From a virus (Duplodnaviria > Caudoviricetes), in the IMG/VR virus record IMGVR_UViG_3300031993_000019: a stretch of 64,000 nt of DNA. The stretch is one strand, 5' to 3'. The notes under the pieces are model-generated. The model had not been told where the DNA came from and did no database searches. It saw only the letters and a list, made by a program, of their open reading frames with translations. The position numbers and the translations under genes are program-made. Shown in pieces: positions 41,001 through 48,149 of the stretch. Position 1 is the stretch's first letter. Each line of letters opens with the position of its first letter.

Positions 41001-43037
41001 CTGACGAGAAATATCAAACTCTCCCGATATTCCTTGTCTCATAATAGACGCGTTGTCGTGTAATCCGGGAACAACACCAACGGCAGCCGCAAGCTCCGGG
41101 TTTTTACTGGCCCACTCATTCCACTTATCCAAAAACTGTTTTTCGGTGATATATTGTATCCTATACAGCCGTTCTGTGGCATCGTCATAATCGTATTTGT
41201 TAGCCTTCCCATACTGCGTCTTAAAGATAGGAGCGTTTCTGTTTTTTCTTGCAAGCACGGCAGCGTTTGTAAGATCTCCAAAGTTTGTCCCCTGAGAAAC
41301 ATGTCGCGATGCATCCCATCCAATAGCAGCAACAGCATTTTCAAGATTCGCTGCAAGCTGAATAAATCCACCAGCTCTCGCAGCATTCGAGCCATATTGT
41401 GGTGACAAAGGAAGCGAGGACAAATCTTTCAACATCTTTTTCGCAGTCATGGAAGAAAGAATTTGGCTATAAAGATCGTTTCCCTTACTTAAATTAGCGA
41501 TCGCCTTAGCCTCATCATTGGTTCCTCGCATCTGCGCCCTGTACGCACCAATAAGATCATAAACACCTTTTACAACATCAGATTCCTGACGCGCATTAGA
41601 CCCTCCGATTTCCCTCATAATGGCGTCGATCATAGGCCTAATAACCATACGATTAGAAGAGTTTTCTCTTGATGCTCTTCTCGACATACTTTCATTAGAC
41701 GGCTCGTCGTATTTATATGCGCCTGCATAATCATACGGCATACCCCTCAAAGAATTCTTCTCTGCCATAGAAAGCGCAGATTTCAACCTTCTTTCATAAG
41801 CAGAACTGCTTTCTCCGCTTTTCTGTCTAACCTGAAGCAAGACACGACCGACTTCTTCGAGCATATATTCTGCAGTTGTAGAATAACGCGGAGCCCGAAC
41901 CTCGAATCCGCCAGATCTATTACTTGTTTCATTTGGCAAAACTATGATATTATTTGCCCCTCTTCCACCATTTCTTCTCATAGAAAGGCCGTTTACATCG
42001 TCAAGAGAACCATATCTAAACTTAGGGACCTTCGACCAATCAATCTTGTTAGACTTGACGTTCTTTTCTGGAAACGCCAAAATGTATTCGTCTCTTGAAT
42101 CACGTCCCAATACGAGCTTTCTTCCGGCTCTTCTCGCTTCGTTGCTAATATCCTCTAAATAATTTTGAGTGAAAGAAGAAGCATTTTCTTTTTTTACGCC
42201 ACCAGAATAAACCCTATTTATAACAGAGTTCGCAGAGTATTTAGAAAAATTTCTTTGAAATTTATCAAAGCTATTTTTATTTAAAACCCGTATTCCTTTA
42301 TTTTCAACCCCAGAAACGCCGGTTTCAAACGCCTTACGAACCGACATAACTCTCTGCTTCAACTTCTTGTTATCAAGCTCATATTTCTTACTAATTTTAT
42401 CAAGCTCTTCCCTAACTTTTAAATGATTTTGCAATGCATCATATGCCAGATCTTGATTTTGTTCGATATTTTTGATAAAACTATCTATTGCGCTTACCGG
42501 TTGATTAGAAAGCGTTCTTGCTATTTTAGAAATAGACACACTCTCTTTCAAGAGCGCTCTCTTTTTCCCTTCAAGAATCTTTCTGCCAAACGTGGAACCG
42601 GCAGACAAACGTTCGATCCTTTCGTTTGTTAAATCTGAAAGATCCTTGACTGTTTCTTCAATATAATTTCTATAGAGATCATTAACCGTTCTCTGTAATG
42701 CACCCTGAATTTTTGATATTTCATTATAATAATTTTTATCTTCATTCTTAGACCACTGAGATTTTTTATAATTGACATCAGCCTTTGCTTGTCTCACTAA
42801 ATTTGCGACCCTATCATCTATGTTCTGGATCGCCCCATTGGTAATAATATGAATAATCTGTCCTATATTTTTCTTGATATTTTCAGGGCTTTGCTTCTTT
42901 CTTTCTCCCTTTGGTGCATTAGGATTCGAATAATATAATTTAGAAATTAAATCATTAATTTGATTAAAAGATCCAAAAACATTTTCTCCATAATTATCAA
43001 TATTACCAAAATTTTGAGTTAAAAAATTATTGTCCAT
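32100..43037 (-). CDS. Tape measure protein (TP901-type core) with N-terminal RNA-polymerase-like and PD-(D/E)xK nuclease domains
   Basis: TMP core LNASMTNLRIITG...EWLRQG...AGTVGNALKTMLSR at about 35650-36560, Gly-rich hydrophobic segment, C-terminal coiled coil and ASG...INERGLEGI; enzyme motifs detailed in findings. Confidence 0.9.
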   Translation of the reverse strand: MDNNFLTQNFGNIDNYGENVFGSFNQINDLISKLYYSNPNAPKGERKKQSPENIKKNIGQIIHIITNGAIQNIDDRVANLVRQAKADVNYKKSQWSKNEDKNYYNEISKIQGALQRTVNDLYRNYIEETVKDLSDLTNERIERLSAGSTFGRKILEGKKRALLKESVSISKIARTLSNQPVSAIDSFIKNIEQNQDLAYDALQNHLKVREELDKISKKYELDNKKLKQRVMSVRKAFETGVSGVENKGIRVLNKNSFDKFQRNFSKYSANSVINRVYSGGVKKENASSFTQNYLEDISNEARRAGRKLVLGRDSRDEYILAFPEKNVKSNKIDWSKVPKFRYGSLDDVNGLSMRRNGGRGANNIIVLPNETSNRSGGFEVRAPRYSTTAEYMLEEVGRVLLQVRQKSGESSSAYERRLKSALSMAEKNSLRGMPYDYAGAYKYDEPSNESMSRRASRENSSNRMVIRPMIDAIMREIGGSNARQESDVVKGVYDLIGAYRAQMRGTNDEAKAIANLSKGNDLYSQILSSMTAKKMLKDLSSLPLSPQYGSNAARAGGFIQLAANLENAVAAIGWDASRHVSQGTNFGDLTNAAVLARKNRNAPIFKTQYGKANKYDYDDATERLYRIQYITEKQFLDKWNEWASKNPELAAAVGVVPGLHDNASIMRQGISGEFDISRQRHKAFGFEEYNRAQRKLVSSGKIKANSTDEEKHKAVIGYLMGIEPWDILSPNVFKTESGFEANFSERVRWSNPKTLGRYTGYRSESSYLPEKFFNDMFSGVDVLRGIEQMSANDLGGLLISRLTDIYLDPKSDKEDVKRQIGQIFAGTKYADMFDIKDNEIVARFLGQNIDLDKEDQKKILGNIRQYFPSENFTIQEGLNAAYDYRWLNGVKYGRREIEAIKRAAGPDAEDFVQHYENIYNTGRRDAVMKKVNAYQNAFGLSFSGGDKGVPAFDVFGVVGDSRFDYRGPYVTEESYNESNLKKFYDSMGGSSYGLLDLGPFGYSFDDSYGNKFSSSKIIVPNISPETEAMELFDRLGGEAGGSLGYMLSSFDESLNSVIRSLADYNRVVEESKDDQEAIQRQFNKTQDSVNRFMSEYRRYAFDKDSSIIDQAYHTRMPGGKFFEATAIAMGQDVVGAKDAVFLSPEAMGDLIGNDRANLSAVYRDVFGKGPAKRLTNKKIKEDILKAVTLGSGVNEKGVLLQDVRFPSIQGQDVRFLRAFVDSTMTGSEAAKIGYGAADSNRTDYDRDHFALVSAFLGMNGMDDKSVGSFIKTARKIQENHKRVSEAIARVREIRGEDAEIWREDLVLPTHATVETASFAGAANRGEIGLISSQATEARRFLDSKSMSEMTGVGASSAIGQMVRYLFESVEQDAISYKHIINKLNKENGQLSPEEFAQKQTEAISQLRNITAKAWDKNNPMSLREYFGELKNIGVFKDTVGNKALIQMAQQASAAGGNDFKRELMRYADRYKSSEFGANDTRTAQQIVNDFLVTDEASQSARNTIGTIPFEMLMYAADYIDKSVSKGNRGTFLHQALVSSNRLEGDMSTSDYSIGRWLREHGATKQTAPTPIQKRIEAMKKAIANGEAEYTVDGKRYGVSAAEQIAATQGGNFSDRDWEILMRNPDSYASAVLAAAGNQGGRFVSGFSPIFTDLRENPGHYYVDENGIALPDAITASKLGSILSGSSYHSGGSEFLELLDAYSGDKFSVEDIAKHGYTVSDINNFERARSSALSSIFGTLQHKEMEILGEALDVSMDDLFVKDNNGNNVLNKDVLSKYLLRFQNTEEGKKIWAQTEDRLKKFGYSPENIGSFGEASIYSTLAQSAISKSLGYQVAAREFSVGQLGKTALADRYFAGTIDQVYYDPKTNQMIVGDSKNKSGRDDFSQLMQLSYGKYALSQIQKELQGENFLGAAQKYGLVDENGKPTDFANILKTAEISENGTITRFNPTNDKVSAYRFRLLSNENVERALADAAAGVVYSQDQRQSLISSADISEIMGASIAPGTDLGRAIDIFSTKGGSQLSAFAKALDKRSRLKSTLGRLAMRGEQDSYAYLKAEEELEKLEGEGGALYMQDGSYTKVDQGVSQEMAKKMAQNSEDRDKRIQEQILRDAQEKQKDNKMFSGAWWLKDLSSGPATAFNMLFRGGVTTKLILKFFGDMKKVVQITEQLNASMTNLRIITGKNAEEANSMMKAYNGLAKELGVTTAAISQVGAEWLRQGYNIQETENLIEASTKLAKLGFMDQGAAVKSLTAAMKGFNLSATESMSIVDKLTTLDAKYATTAGDIATALTRVASVANNAGMSLDETAAAITAIIDTTQQDAGTVGNALKTMLSRYGNVKAGSFAVLEGAEEGDAENINDVERVLGALGIQIRTSKMEMRDFADVLDDIAEKWTTLTTVEQNAIAVALGGVRQRNTTVALLNSYQTYKKALEDEETSAGRANRKYEAYKDSIEFQKQELQAAWEGLVLKIDQSPVIKGVLWALTSTVELADKWVPALISAIPLLRTLINNRLTSHKQAIIDNTNAENRNTAALRGESSSESVPGYWGTKVKYAHGKHKGEDTAYTRGQIAGITVGSMVSSGLSYGAAGGGIIGNKIDEVVGTSEFENGVDSVISGATGAAGAGIGAAIGTMIAPGIGTALGATLGPILLDPVASLFKWLRHRDEIEMSRDVAKHKETLEAIQGVSSSVSSLRDSVDAGSSSWSSADWKRNQEAYLAIINAFESNSALRNSYKKLFGEEYNKPSGDVASLTSEEMSRLSAAQIVGEAEESFAASRIEISNLEKDLVKTLSKIAKERDEDKLNELNQKLSSIEVDLEKYQDSLQKSYLAASAITSGVSRMSAVQINNATLERVIRQVAEDWSKNNPNVFLGGTLTASARQDIIDYLRGDERYSSLFKNNTQTLSSRIRARSRAESLFGGYSGGIQGAISRLDEAGGYAELREQYGDSGIDLLYKADAAGIERIAHALNMTTEQALKAEKSLGWVTDATIANGVDGLVESFSGLGDILTEISHSSTISAKTMNSILENYSWLLNGEDGSFGTENIMKNLIDFFTGDAIEGAIGLVAKAALTNDKTWEAFIEKYRDPKEYGALGLSEEDWLGIQGSSNFLGASAIMFNNTDALNAFAKLAGELTGDFKIAEVIQKILVEAEENALQNEISNLESVKESLEDVNKQREKELELIKAKQALENAQKEKKRVYREGVGFVYTSDQQAIKDAQENVEKLERERDQRDIQYQIDMLNQQKDILANIENNEQLESIYKLIEKFMEGKEGSVLGSILSFNKKELAKKIQEGVTNSLGENAQSVSQEEADAEEAVYTSILSDLNRDDENSWINKAQDALGGLSVASVLQNNKSPYYGTAKQMYSDKLDQLSTSSAKLTDYNKMGIGKNYDVSGYDEKRRYFNELKDQNRWLRVYIPDGEGWSHPQGARDAGVMMYYSQSSQDQVPSDLKRGKADQLLLSKVDIGGGVHQFQHAETFDDLENENYVGYVFVNTDTSNEYGYYKGIDGWHEIRLQNGDRELSPPTTLDGVTNYSLLRNASGALSFSGGPTLINERGLEGIITPEGTITSLPAKSGILPADLTKNLWSLGEVAPNLITQLSGKSFNRIDEKKSEDNSMHVGTLNATFNTDSGFDASAFWNSVKSQISLTKNNH
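37200..38030 (-). other. PD-(D/E)xK nuclease domain within the tape measure protein (limits approximate)
   Basis: FGTLQHKEME, AREF, FAGTID (D1858), IVGDSK (D1873/K1875), QLMQLSYG. Confidence 0.75.
38400..41300 (-). other. Two-barrel RNA polymerase-like domain within the tape measure protein (limits approximate)
   Basis: LHDNASIM (D661), KTLGRYTGYR (K753), VRFPSI (R1204), DYDRD (D1243-D1247; nt 39297-39311), EIGLISS (about aa 1327), EQDAISYKH. Confidence 0.7.
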
Positions 43038-43057
43038 AATTAACCCTCCTATTTTTT

Positions 43058-43100
43058 ATAATAAAAGGGGAACGACGCACGAAACGGCATGCGTCGTTTC
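43058..43100 (-). promoter_or_regulatory. Terminator-like hairpin abutting a TTTTATTAT candidate late-promoter element
   Basis: GAAACGACGCA/TGCGTCGTTCC stem, then TTTTATTAT just upstream of the tape measure RBS. Confidence 0.5.
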
Positions 43101-43107
43101 TGCATTA

Positions 43108-43812
43108 TCAACCTTCCCCAGTCTCTCTCTTTTCAATTGCTTTTACTACATCCATTGCTGCCGAATCAATTGCCTCATTAAGCTCTTTAACCGCGGCGTC
43201 TTGACTTCCAACAATTTTTGCTAAATCATGAATAACCTTGGGGTCAACATTAAGCTTAAAACGATTAATCGTTCTGCTTAAATCTTCAATCTTATCATAT
43301 TTAATATTATCAAGGACATCAAGAAGCTCGCCAATATTTTGATTGGCAATCAACCGGTCGATCATTGCATAAATCCTATGATAATCGTGTTCACAATATT
43401 CCAGTATCATATCACAATATCCGGATGCCCACAAAATATCATAAAAATCAAAATCCTTTATAACCTGATTAATATCGGGGTTAATATTTGTATACGCAAG
43501 CAAAGCATCAAACGTCAAAGAAATTTCGATTGCAGAACCAAAATCATAAATATCGGAATCCCTATTTTGTATCTCTTTCCAAATCTTATTCACGACGGCT
43601 GATTTTCTTCGTAATGGCATAAACGATCTCACCACCGTTTTACGTTTAATGTCGTCAAAGGCATTAAATTTATCTTCATTATCTGGATCATCAAGGAATT
43701 CCGCTGCGGCAACCAAAACATCCATAATATCAATCATTTCAGAATCATTATTTTTCTGATCTTTACTACCAGTGTCTTCATTTAAACCCTTTAATTTTTC
43801 AACGTTTTCCAT
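43108..43812 (-). CDS. Hypothetical acidic helical protein upstream of the tape measure gene (possible tail chaperone)
   Basis: ORF with RBS; function inferred from position only. Confidence 0.6.
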   Translation of the reverse strand: MENVEKLKGLNEDTGSKDQKNNDSEMIDIMDVLVAAAEFLDDPDNEDKFNAFDDIKRKTVVRSFMPLRRKSAVVNKIWKEIQNRDSDIYDFGSAIEISLTFDALLAYTNINPDINQVIKDFDFYDILWASGYCDMILEYCEHDYHRIYAMIDRLIANQNIGELLDVLDNIKYDKIEDLSRTINRFKLNVDPKVIHDLAKIVGSQDAAVKELNEAIDSAAMDVVKAIEKRETGEG

Positions 43813-43830
43813 AATATTCTCCTTTCAAAC

Positions 43831-44850
43831 TCAAATCGAATTCTTACGATTAAATTCGATCATAAAATTGGCAAGTTCTTTATCTTTGTCGCGATCATCA
43901 TATGTTGGGACCTGATCAGTCTTCCATCTAAAAATTTGCTGCACAACCTCTTTAGGGATTCCTATCTTTAGTAAGTGTGTACAACACATATGTCTGAACG
44001 CGTGACTATATACACTCTTACCCAAATATTTTTCAATAACAGATACAAATGAATTAGCCGTAGAAATTGTTGCACGCGATGTTCCGCCATAACTAGACGT
44101 AAACAGATCATTTGTAATAACACCCGTTTCGGCACGATGTTTTACCCAAAGATCGACATATTTTTTAACGTCACACACATTTGCAAATACAATTTTTGAA
44201 ACAACGTTTCCAGCTTTACCCCTACCCTTACTACGGACCGGTTCTGTTTCATATGCAGCGCCGTTAAACACTAAATGGTTTTCCTCAAAATCAGAAACTT
44301 TAAACTGAATCAGTTCTGCTTTACGGGCGCCAGAAGAAGCCGCAACCGCAAGAAATGCGGCGGCCTGATATTTCTTGTTTTTTACAAGCTCTTCAAGACA
44401 CTCCTTAATCTCATCAACCGTAAGAATTGTCTTTTCCCTAACAACCGTCTTATTAACAGGTTCAAGAACTTTAACAATATTTCTAAAGGTCGGATAGTCA
44501 TCGTCCATAATTCTTTCAATGAAATTTGAAAAACTCGAAAGAACAGCCCTTAAAGAACAGATCCGGTTGCTTGAAACATTTAAATCGGTTTGCAAATATG
44601 AAAAGAATCTTACAAACTGTCTTTTCTTCATATCAACAAAAAACGTATTATCGTTTTCTTTTGCATTCCAAACGGCCCAAATTTTCAACTGTGCTTCATA
44701 TTGTGAAATCGTCTGCGGACTTTTATCGACAGACTTCATATACCCTATAAACTCACGAATGAGTTTTTGATTTTCTTTACTCACAAGAGCATCATAATCT
44801 TTACTCAGCCCGGAATGATAAACCGTACTGCGACCATCTTTTTTAGTCAT
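43831..44850 (-). CDS. Tyrosine recombinase (XerC/D-integrase family)
   Basis: SAM-like N domain (KSPQTISQY), GARKAEL, SKGRG, HAFRH, W at the His/Trp position, PTYD. Confidence 0.9.
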   Translation of the reverse strand: MTKKDGRSTVYHSGLSKDYDALVSKENQKLIREFIGYMKSVDKSPQTISQYEAQLKIWAVWNAKENDNTFFVDMKKRQFVRFFSYLQTDLNVSSNRICSLRAVLSSFSNFIERIMDDDYPTFRNIVKVLEPVNKTVVREKTILTVDEIKECLEELVKNKKYQAAAFLAVAASSGARKAELIQFKVSDFEENHLVFNGAAYETEPVRSKGRGKAGNVVSKIVFANVCDVKKYVDLWVKHRAETGVITNDLFTSSYGGTSRATISTANSFVSVIEKYLGKSVYSHAFRHMCCTHLLKIGIPKEVVQQIFRWKTDQVPTYDDRDKDKELANFMIEFNRKNSI

Positions 44851-44916
44851 AATAAACCTCCCTTTATTCGTTTTAATTATATATTAACGGCTTTTCGCCA
44901 AATTATTTTCAAAGTT

Positions 44917-44947
44917 AAAAACGCCCCGGAGATTTCTCCCCGGGGCG
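44917..44947 (-). terminator. Intrinsic terminator
   Basis: CGCCCCGG...CCGGGGCG followed by TTTTT. Confidence 0.85.
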
Positions 44948-45048
44948 AAAGCTTAAACATAAAAAGAAATAACCGCCTCAATATCAAACAGGACGATTCT
45001 TTCTTAAAAAAAATAATCCATAGTGTTTTAATAGTATTTTATAAAAAA

Positions 45049-48000
45049 TTAGGACGAAATTGCCTGAATATACTCTGCATAGTCAGACCACCCGGATGCG
45101 GATTTGTACGTGTCAACACTAGCCGCCGGAACACTGATCATACATGGCGGCATTTTTTTGCCATATGTACTATGATAACCAAAGATCCCATGTACATCCA
45201 TGGCGGGCGGTTCAATCGCCAAAAGCACCATGGAGGTCAAGCCCAAGCAATCATCAAACACCCATCCCCCAATACTCTCGAGGCTATCCGAGATTACAAC
45301 CGAGGTCAGCCCGGTACAGCCGGAGAACGCATAGTTTCCGATGCTCGTGACGCCGTTGCCAATGGTGACCGAGGTCAGCCCGGTACAGCCGGAGAACGCA
45401 TCGCTTCCGATGCTCGTGACGCCGTTCCCGATGGTGACCGAGGTCAGTCCGGTGCAACCGGAGAACGCAGAGTTTCCGATGCTCGTGACGCCGTCCGGGA
45501 TGGTGATGAAGGTCAGCCCGGTGCAACCGCGGAACGCAAAGTTTCCGATGCTCGTCACGCCATTCCCAATCGTGACCGAGGTCAGTCCGGTGCAACCGTA
45601 GAACGCAGAGCCACCGATGCTCGTGACGCCGTCCGGAATCACCAGATCAATCACGAATTCGTCATTGATATAGAGATTGTGCGCGTAATAGAGCGGATTA
45701 GCGTTAACTGATCCAAACTCGATCCCGCACCATCCTGCAACGTCTCCGGTATAGTAGACCGAGGTCAGTCCGGTGCAACCGGAGAACGCAGAGCTTCCGA
45801 TGCTCGTGACGCAGTCCGGGATGGTGATCGAGGTCAGCCCGGAGCAACTGTAGAACGCAAACGACGGGATGTTCTCGACGTTGTCTCCAAACGTTACGGT
45901 CGTCAGATTGGAGCAACCGTAGAAGATTGGACGAGAGCTTGATCCCGCCGACGTGCAGTTAGTGGCGTTCCATACGACCGAGGTCAGTTCGGTGCAATTG
46001 CGGAATGCATAGTTCCCGATACTTGCGACGTTTTCCGGAATGGTGACCGAGGTCAGCCCGGTGCAACCGAGGAACGCATATCCTCCGATGCTCATGACGC
46101 CGTTGCCGATGGTAACCGAGGTCAGCCCGGTACAGTTCTCGAACGCGCCGAAGAGAATGTTCCCGCCCGTGACCGTGACCGACCGAAGAGAGGCGGGAAT
46201 GTAGTAAGTGGTTGTGGTCGTAGAGCTCGTACTGCTACCATAATAAGTTTGTTGGGTTGCCACCCCTCCAGTATAACTATCCTCCCCGAAGATGTAGCCG
46301 AACGGATACTGGTAGGTATCGTTTTCGGTCTTTCCGGCTTCCCCACCAACAAACGGAATTGTAATTTCTTCAAGAGAAGAGCAACCAGAAAACACGCCCT
46401 CTGCAATTCCTTCAACGCCACTGCCGACAACAACCCTTTTTAAACTAGAACAATTAGAAAATGCACCGGCATAAATATCTGTAACGCTATCTGGAATAAC
46501 AATAGAAGCAAGTTCTGTGCACCCACTAAACAAGTTTCCGTTAATAGCGGACAGTTCTCCTCCGTTTGGAAGAGAAGCCATTTTTAAATTTGTACAACCA
46601 GAAAACGCTCCGGACCCAATAAACGTAACGTTATTTGGAATGTCCATAGACGTAATCCCTGTGCATCCAGCAAACGAACCAGAGCCAATAGAAAAGTTAG
46701 GAGACGCTGGAAAAACAACGGTTGTTAACTGAACTTGATTTTCAAATGCGTTATCTCCAACACCTTCAACTATATCTCCGCTAGGAGAAGATTCAGGAAT
46801 AACAAGATATGTGTCCGCGCAAACACCAATGCCAACAACGTTACAGGTGCCGTCGCCATTACTAACATATTCAAGTCCAACAGACGGTTCCGCTGTTGTA
46901 CAAACCACGCTATCAGACCCAATAATTCCATAATTTCCAACAATAGGAGCCTCTTCAAGATTAGTTTGAATCGCATCGTACTCTTCGTCTGTCACAATAT
47001 ATGGAAACACCGCAACATACCAGTTACCAGCGGAGGCCCACTTTCCATTCGAAGAAAGACCAACCTGAACGTAGTCATCCACGCCCTGCTTAATAAATCC
47101 ATTAACCATCTTTCCTTCTGGATTGCTAATACTCTTAATAAGTTGATGAGTAATGCTTAAATTATCAAGAACCCTATGCGACCCGTCTTTATATATTCCA
47201 TACACAATAGGCGAACGCGCCATATTAGCAGAAGTCTGATCGATCGCAACACCAATTAAATCAGTTCGGAAATCTGGATTATGGTTTGTTTCAAGAATTT
47301 CTGCATAATACTCCTTCCCAGTAACCGGATCCACAGAGGCCAACGCGCTTCCGTTTAATGCAATAGTGGCGGCGGAACTCATATTTAATCCAATATCAAA
47401 TTGGCCGTCAAGTTGCAAGCGTGGAATTTTAACAATCAACTGACCAACAGGCTCTCCGGTAGTAACATTTGCCGTATCTCCGGCGTATTCGTTTGCAGTC
47501 ATAATAGCAACGACCTCTCCAGGGAGGAATGTAGCCGAAACATCATAAAGAATAGCCGTTGGGTCGTTTTTAAAATATGAAATCGTAATGACATCATTAA
47601 CAACAAACTTACCGGAAAGCTGAGATGCAGAAATTGTTCTCATTTGCTCACCGGAAACTTGAAGCGGAACCTCAGAACTCGTTCCAGACTTGCAACTAAC
47701 CTTTCGGCCCCAACAAAGAACACCATTTAGCCCACAAAGATGCCCAACAGAAACAGCCGAATTATCAAGTATAATATCTCCACCGTCCCAAACTTTTTGT
47801 TCAGTCGCAAGAATACTCGCAATAAGGCTCGAGCTTTGTTTTGCGCCAAGATTTAGACGAAGGTAGTTAATATCAAACATTGCATCTGTAAGTTGGAGGG
47901 TCATTCCGGTTGTATGACCAAATCGTCCAAACAACTTCGCACCCTGTCCGCCGCGAACGTCTTCCATTGATATCTGAAACCCAATAGAAGAATCTGTTAA

Positions 48001-48090
48001 TGTATGCGCAGAAGCAAAGTGCCTAAGCTCGCCATTAACACGCTCAAAGAGTTCGACGTTTGCGACGGACGCCAAAAACCTTTTTGCCAT
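45049..48090 (-). CDS. Major tail protein paralog fused to C-terminal BspA-type LRRs
   Basis: The first ~390 aa align with 56371..57570 (first ~85 aa nearly identical); the rest is TxIGxxAFxGCTGLTSVTI repeats. Confidence 0.88.
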   Translation of the reverse strand: MAKRFLASVANVELFERVNGELRHFASAHTLTDSSIGFQISMEDVRGGQGAKLFGRFGHTTGMTLQLTDAMFDINYLRLNLGAKQSSSLIASILATEQKVWDGGDIILDNSAVSVGHLCGLNGVLCWGRKVSCKSGTSSEVPLQVSGEQMRTISASQLSGKFVVNDVITISYFKNDPTAILYDVSATFLPGEVVAIMTANEYAGDTANVTTGEPVGQLIVKIPRLQLDGQFDIGLNMSSAATIALNGSALASVDPVTGKEYYAEILETNHNPDFRTDLIGVAIDQTSANMARSPIVYGIYKDGSHRVLDNLSITHQLIKSISNPEGKMVNGFIKQGVDDYVQVGLSSNGKWASAGNWYVAVFPYIVTDEEYDAIQTNLEEAPIVGNYGIIGSDSVVCTTAEPSVGLEYVSNGDGTCNVVGIGVCADTYLVIPESSPSGDIVEGVGDNAFENQVQLTTVVFPASPNFSIGSGSFAGCTGITSMDIPNNVTFIGSGAFSGCTNLKMASLPNGGELSAINGNLFSGCTELASIVIPDSVTDIYAGAFSNCSSLKRVVVGSGVEGIAEGVFSGCSSLEEITIPFVGGEAGKTENDTYQYPFGYIFGEDSYTGGVATQQTYYGSSTSSTTTTTYYIPASLRSVTVTGGNILFGAFENCTGLTSVTIGNGVMSIGGYAFLGCTGLTSVTIPENVASIGNYAFRNCTELTSVVWNATNCTSAGSSSRPIFYGCSNLTTVTFGDNVENIPSFAFYSCSGLTSITIPDCVTSIGSSAFSGCTGLTSVYYTGDVAGWCGIEFGSVNANPLYYAHNLYINDEFVIDLVIPDGVTSIGGSAFYGCTGLTSVTIGNGVTSIGNFAFRGCTGLTFITIPDGVTSIGNSAFSGCTGLTSVTIGNGVTSIGSDAFSGCTGLTSVTIGNGVTSIGNYAFSGCTGLTSVVISDSLESIGGWVFDDCLGLTSMVLLAIEPPAMDVHGIFGYHSTYGKKMPPCMISVPAASVDTYKSASGWSDYAEYIQAISS
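45300..46130 (-). repeat. GC-rich 69-bp tandem repeats encoding 23-aa LRR units
   Basis: CCGATGCTCGT(G/C)ACGCC recurs at 45338, 45407, 45476, 45545 and 45614, with further interrupted copies. Confidence 0.9.
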
Positions 48091-48149
48091 TTTAATTCTC
48101 CTTTACATTTTATTTTTTTGATAAAAGATAATTTTTATTCAATTATTAG

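Noticed and set aside
44767-45711. 314-aa repetitive plus-strand ORF
   Set aside because: Antisense shadow of the GC-rich LRR repeats; it crosses a terminator and overlaps two real genes.
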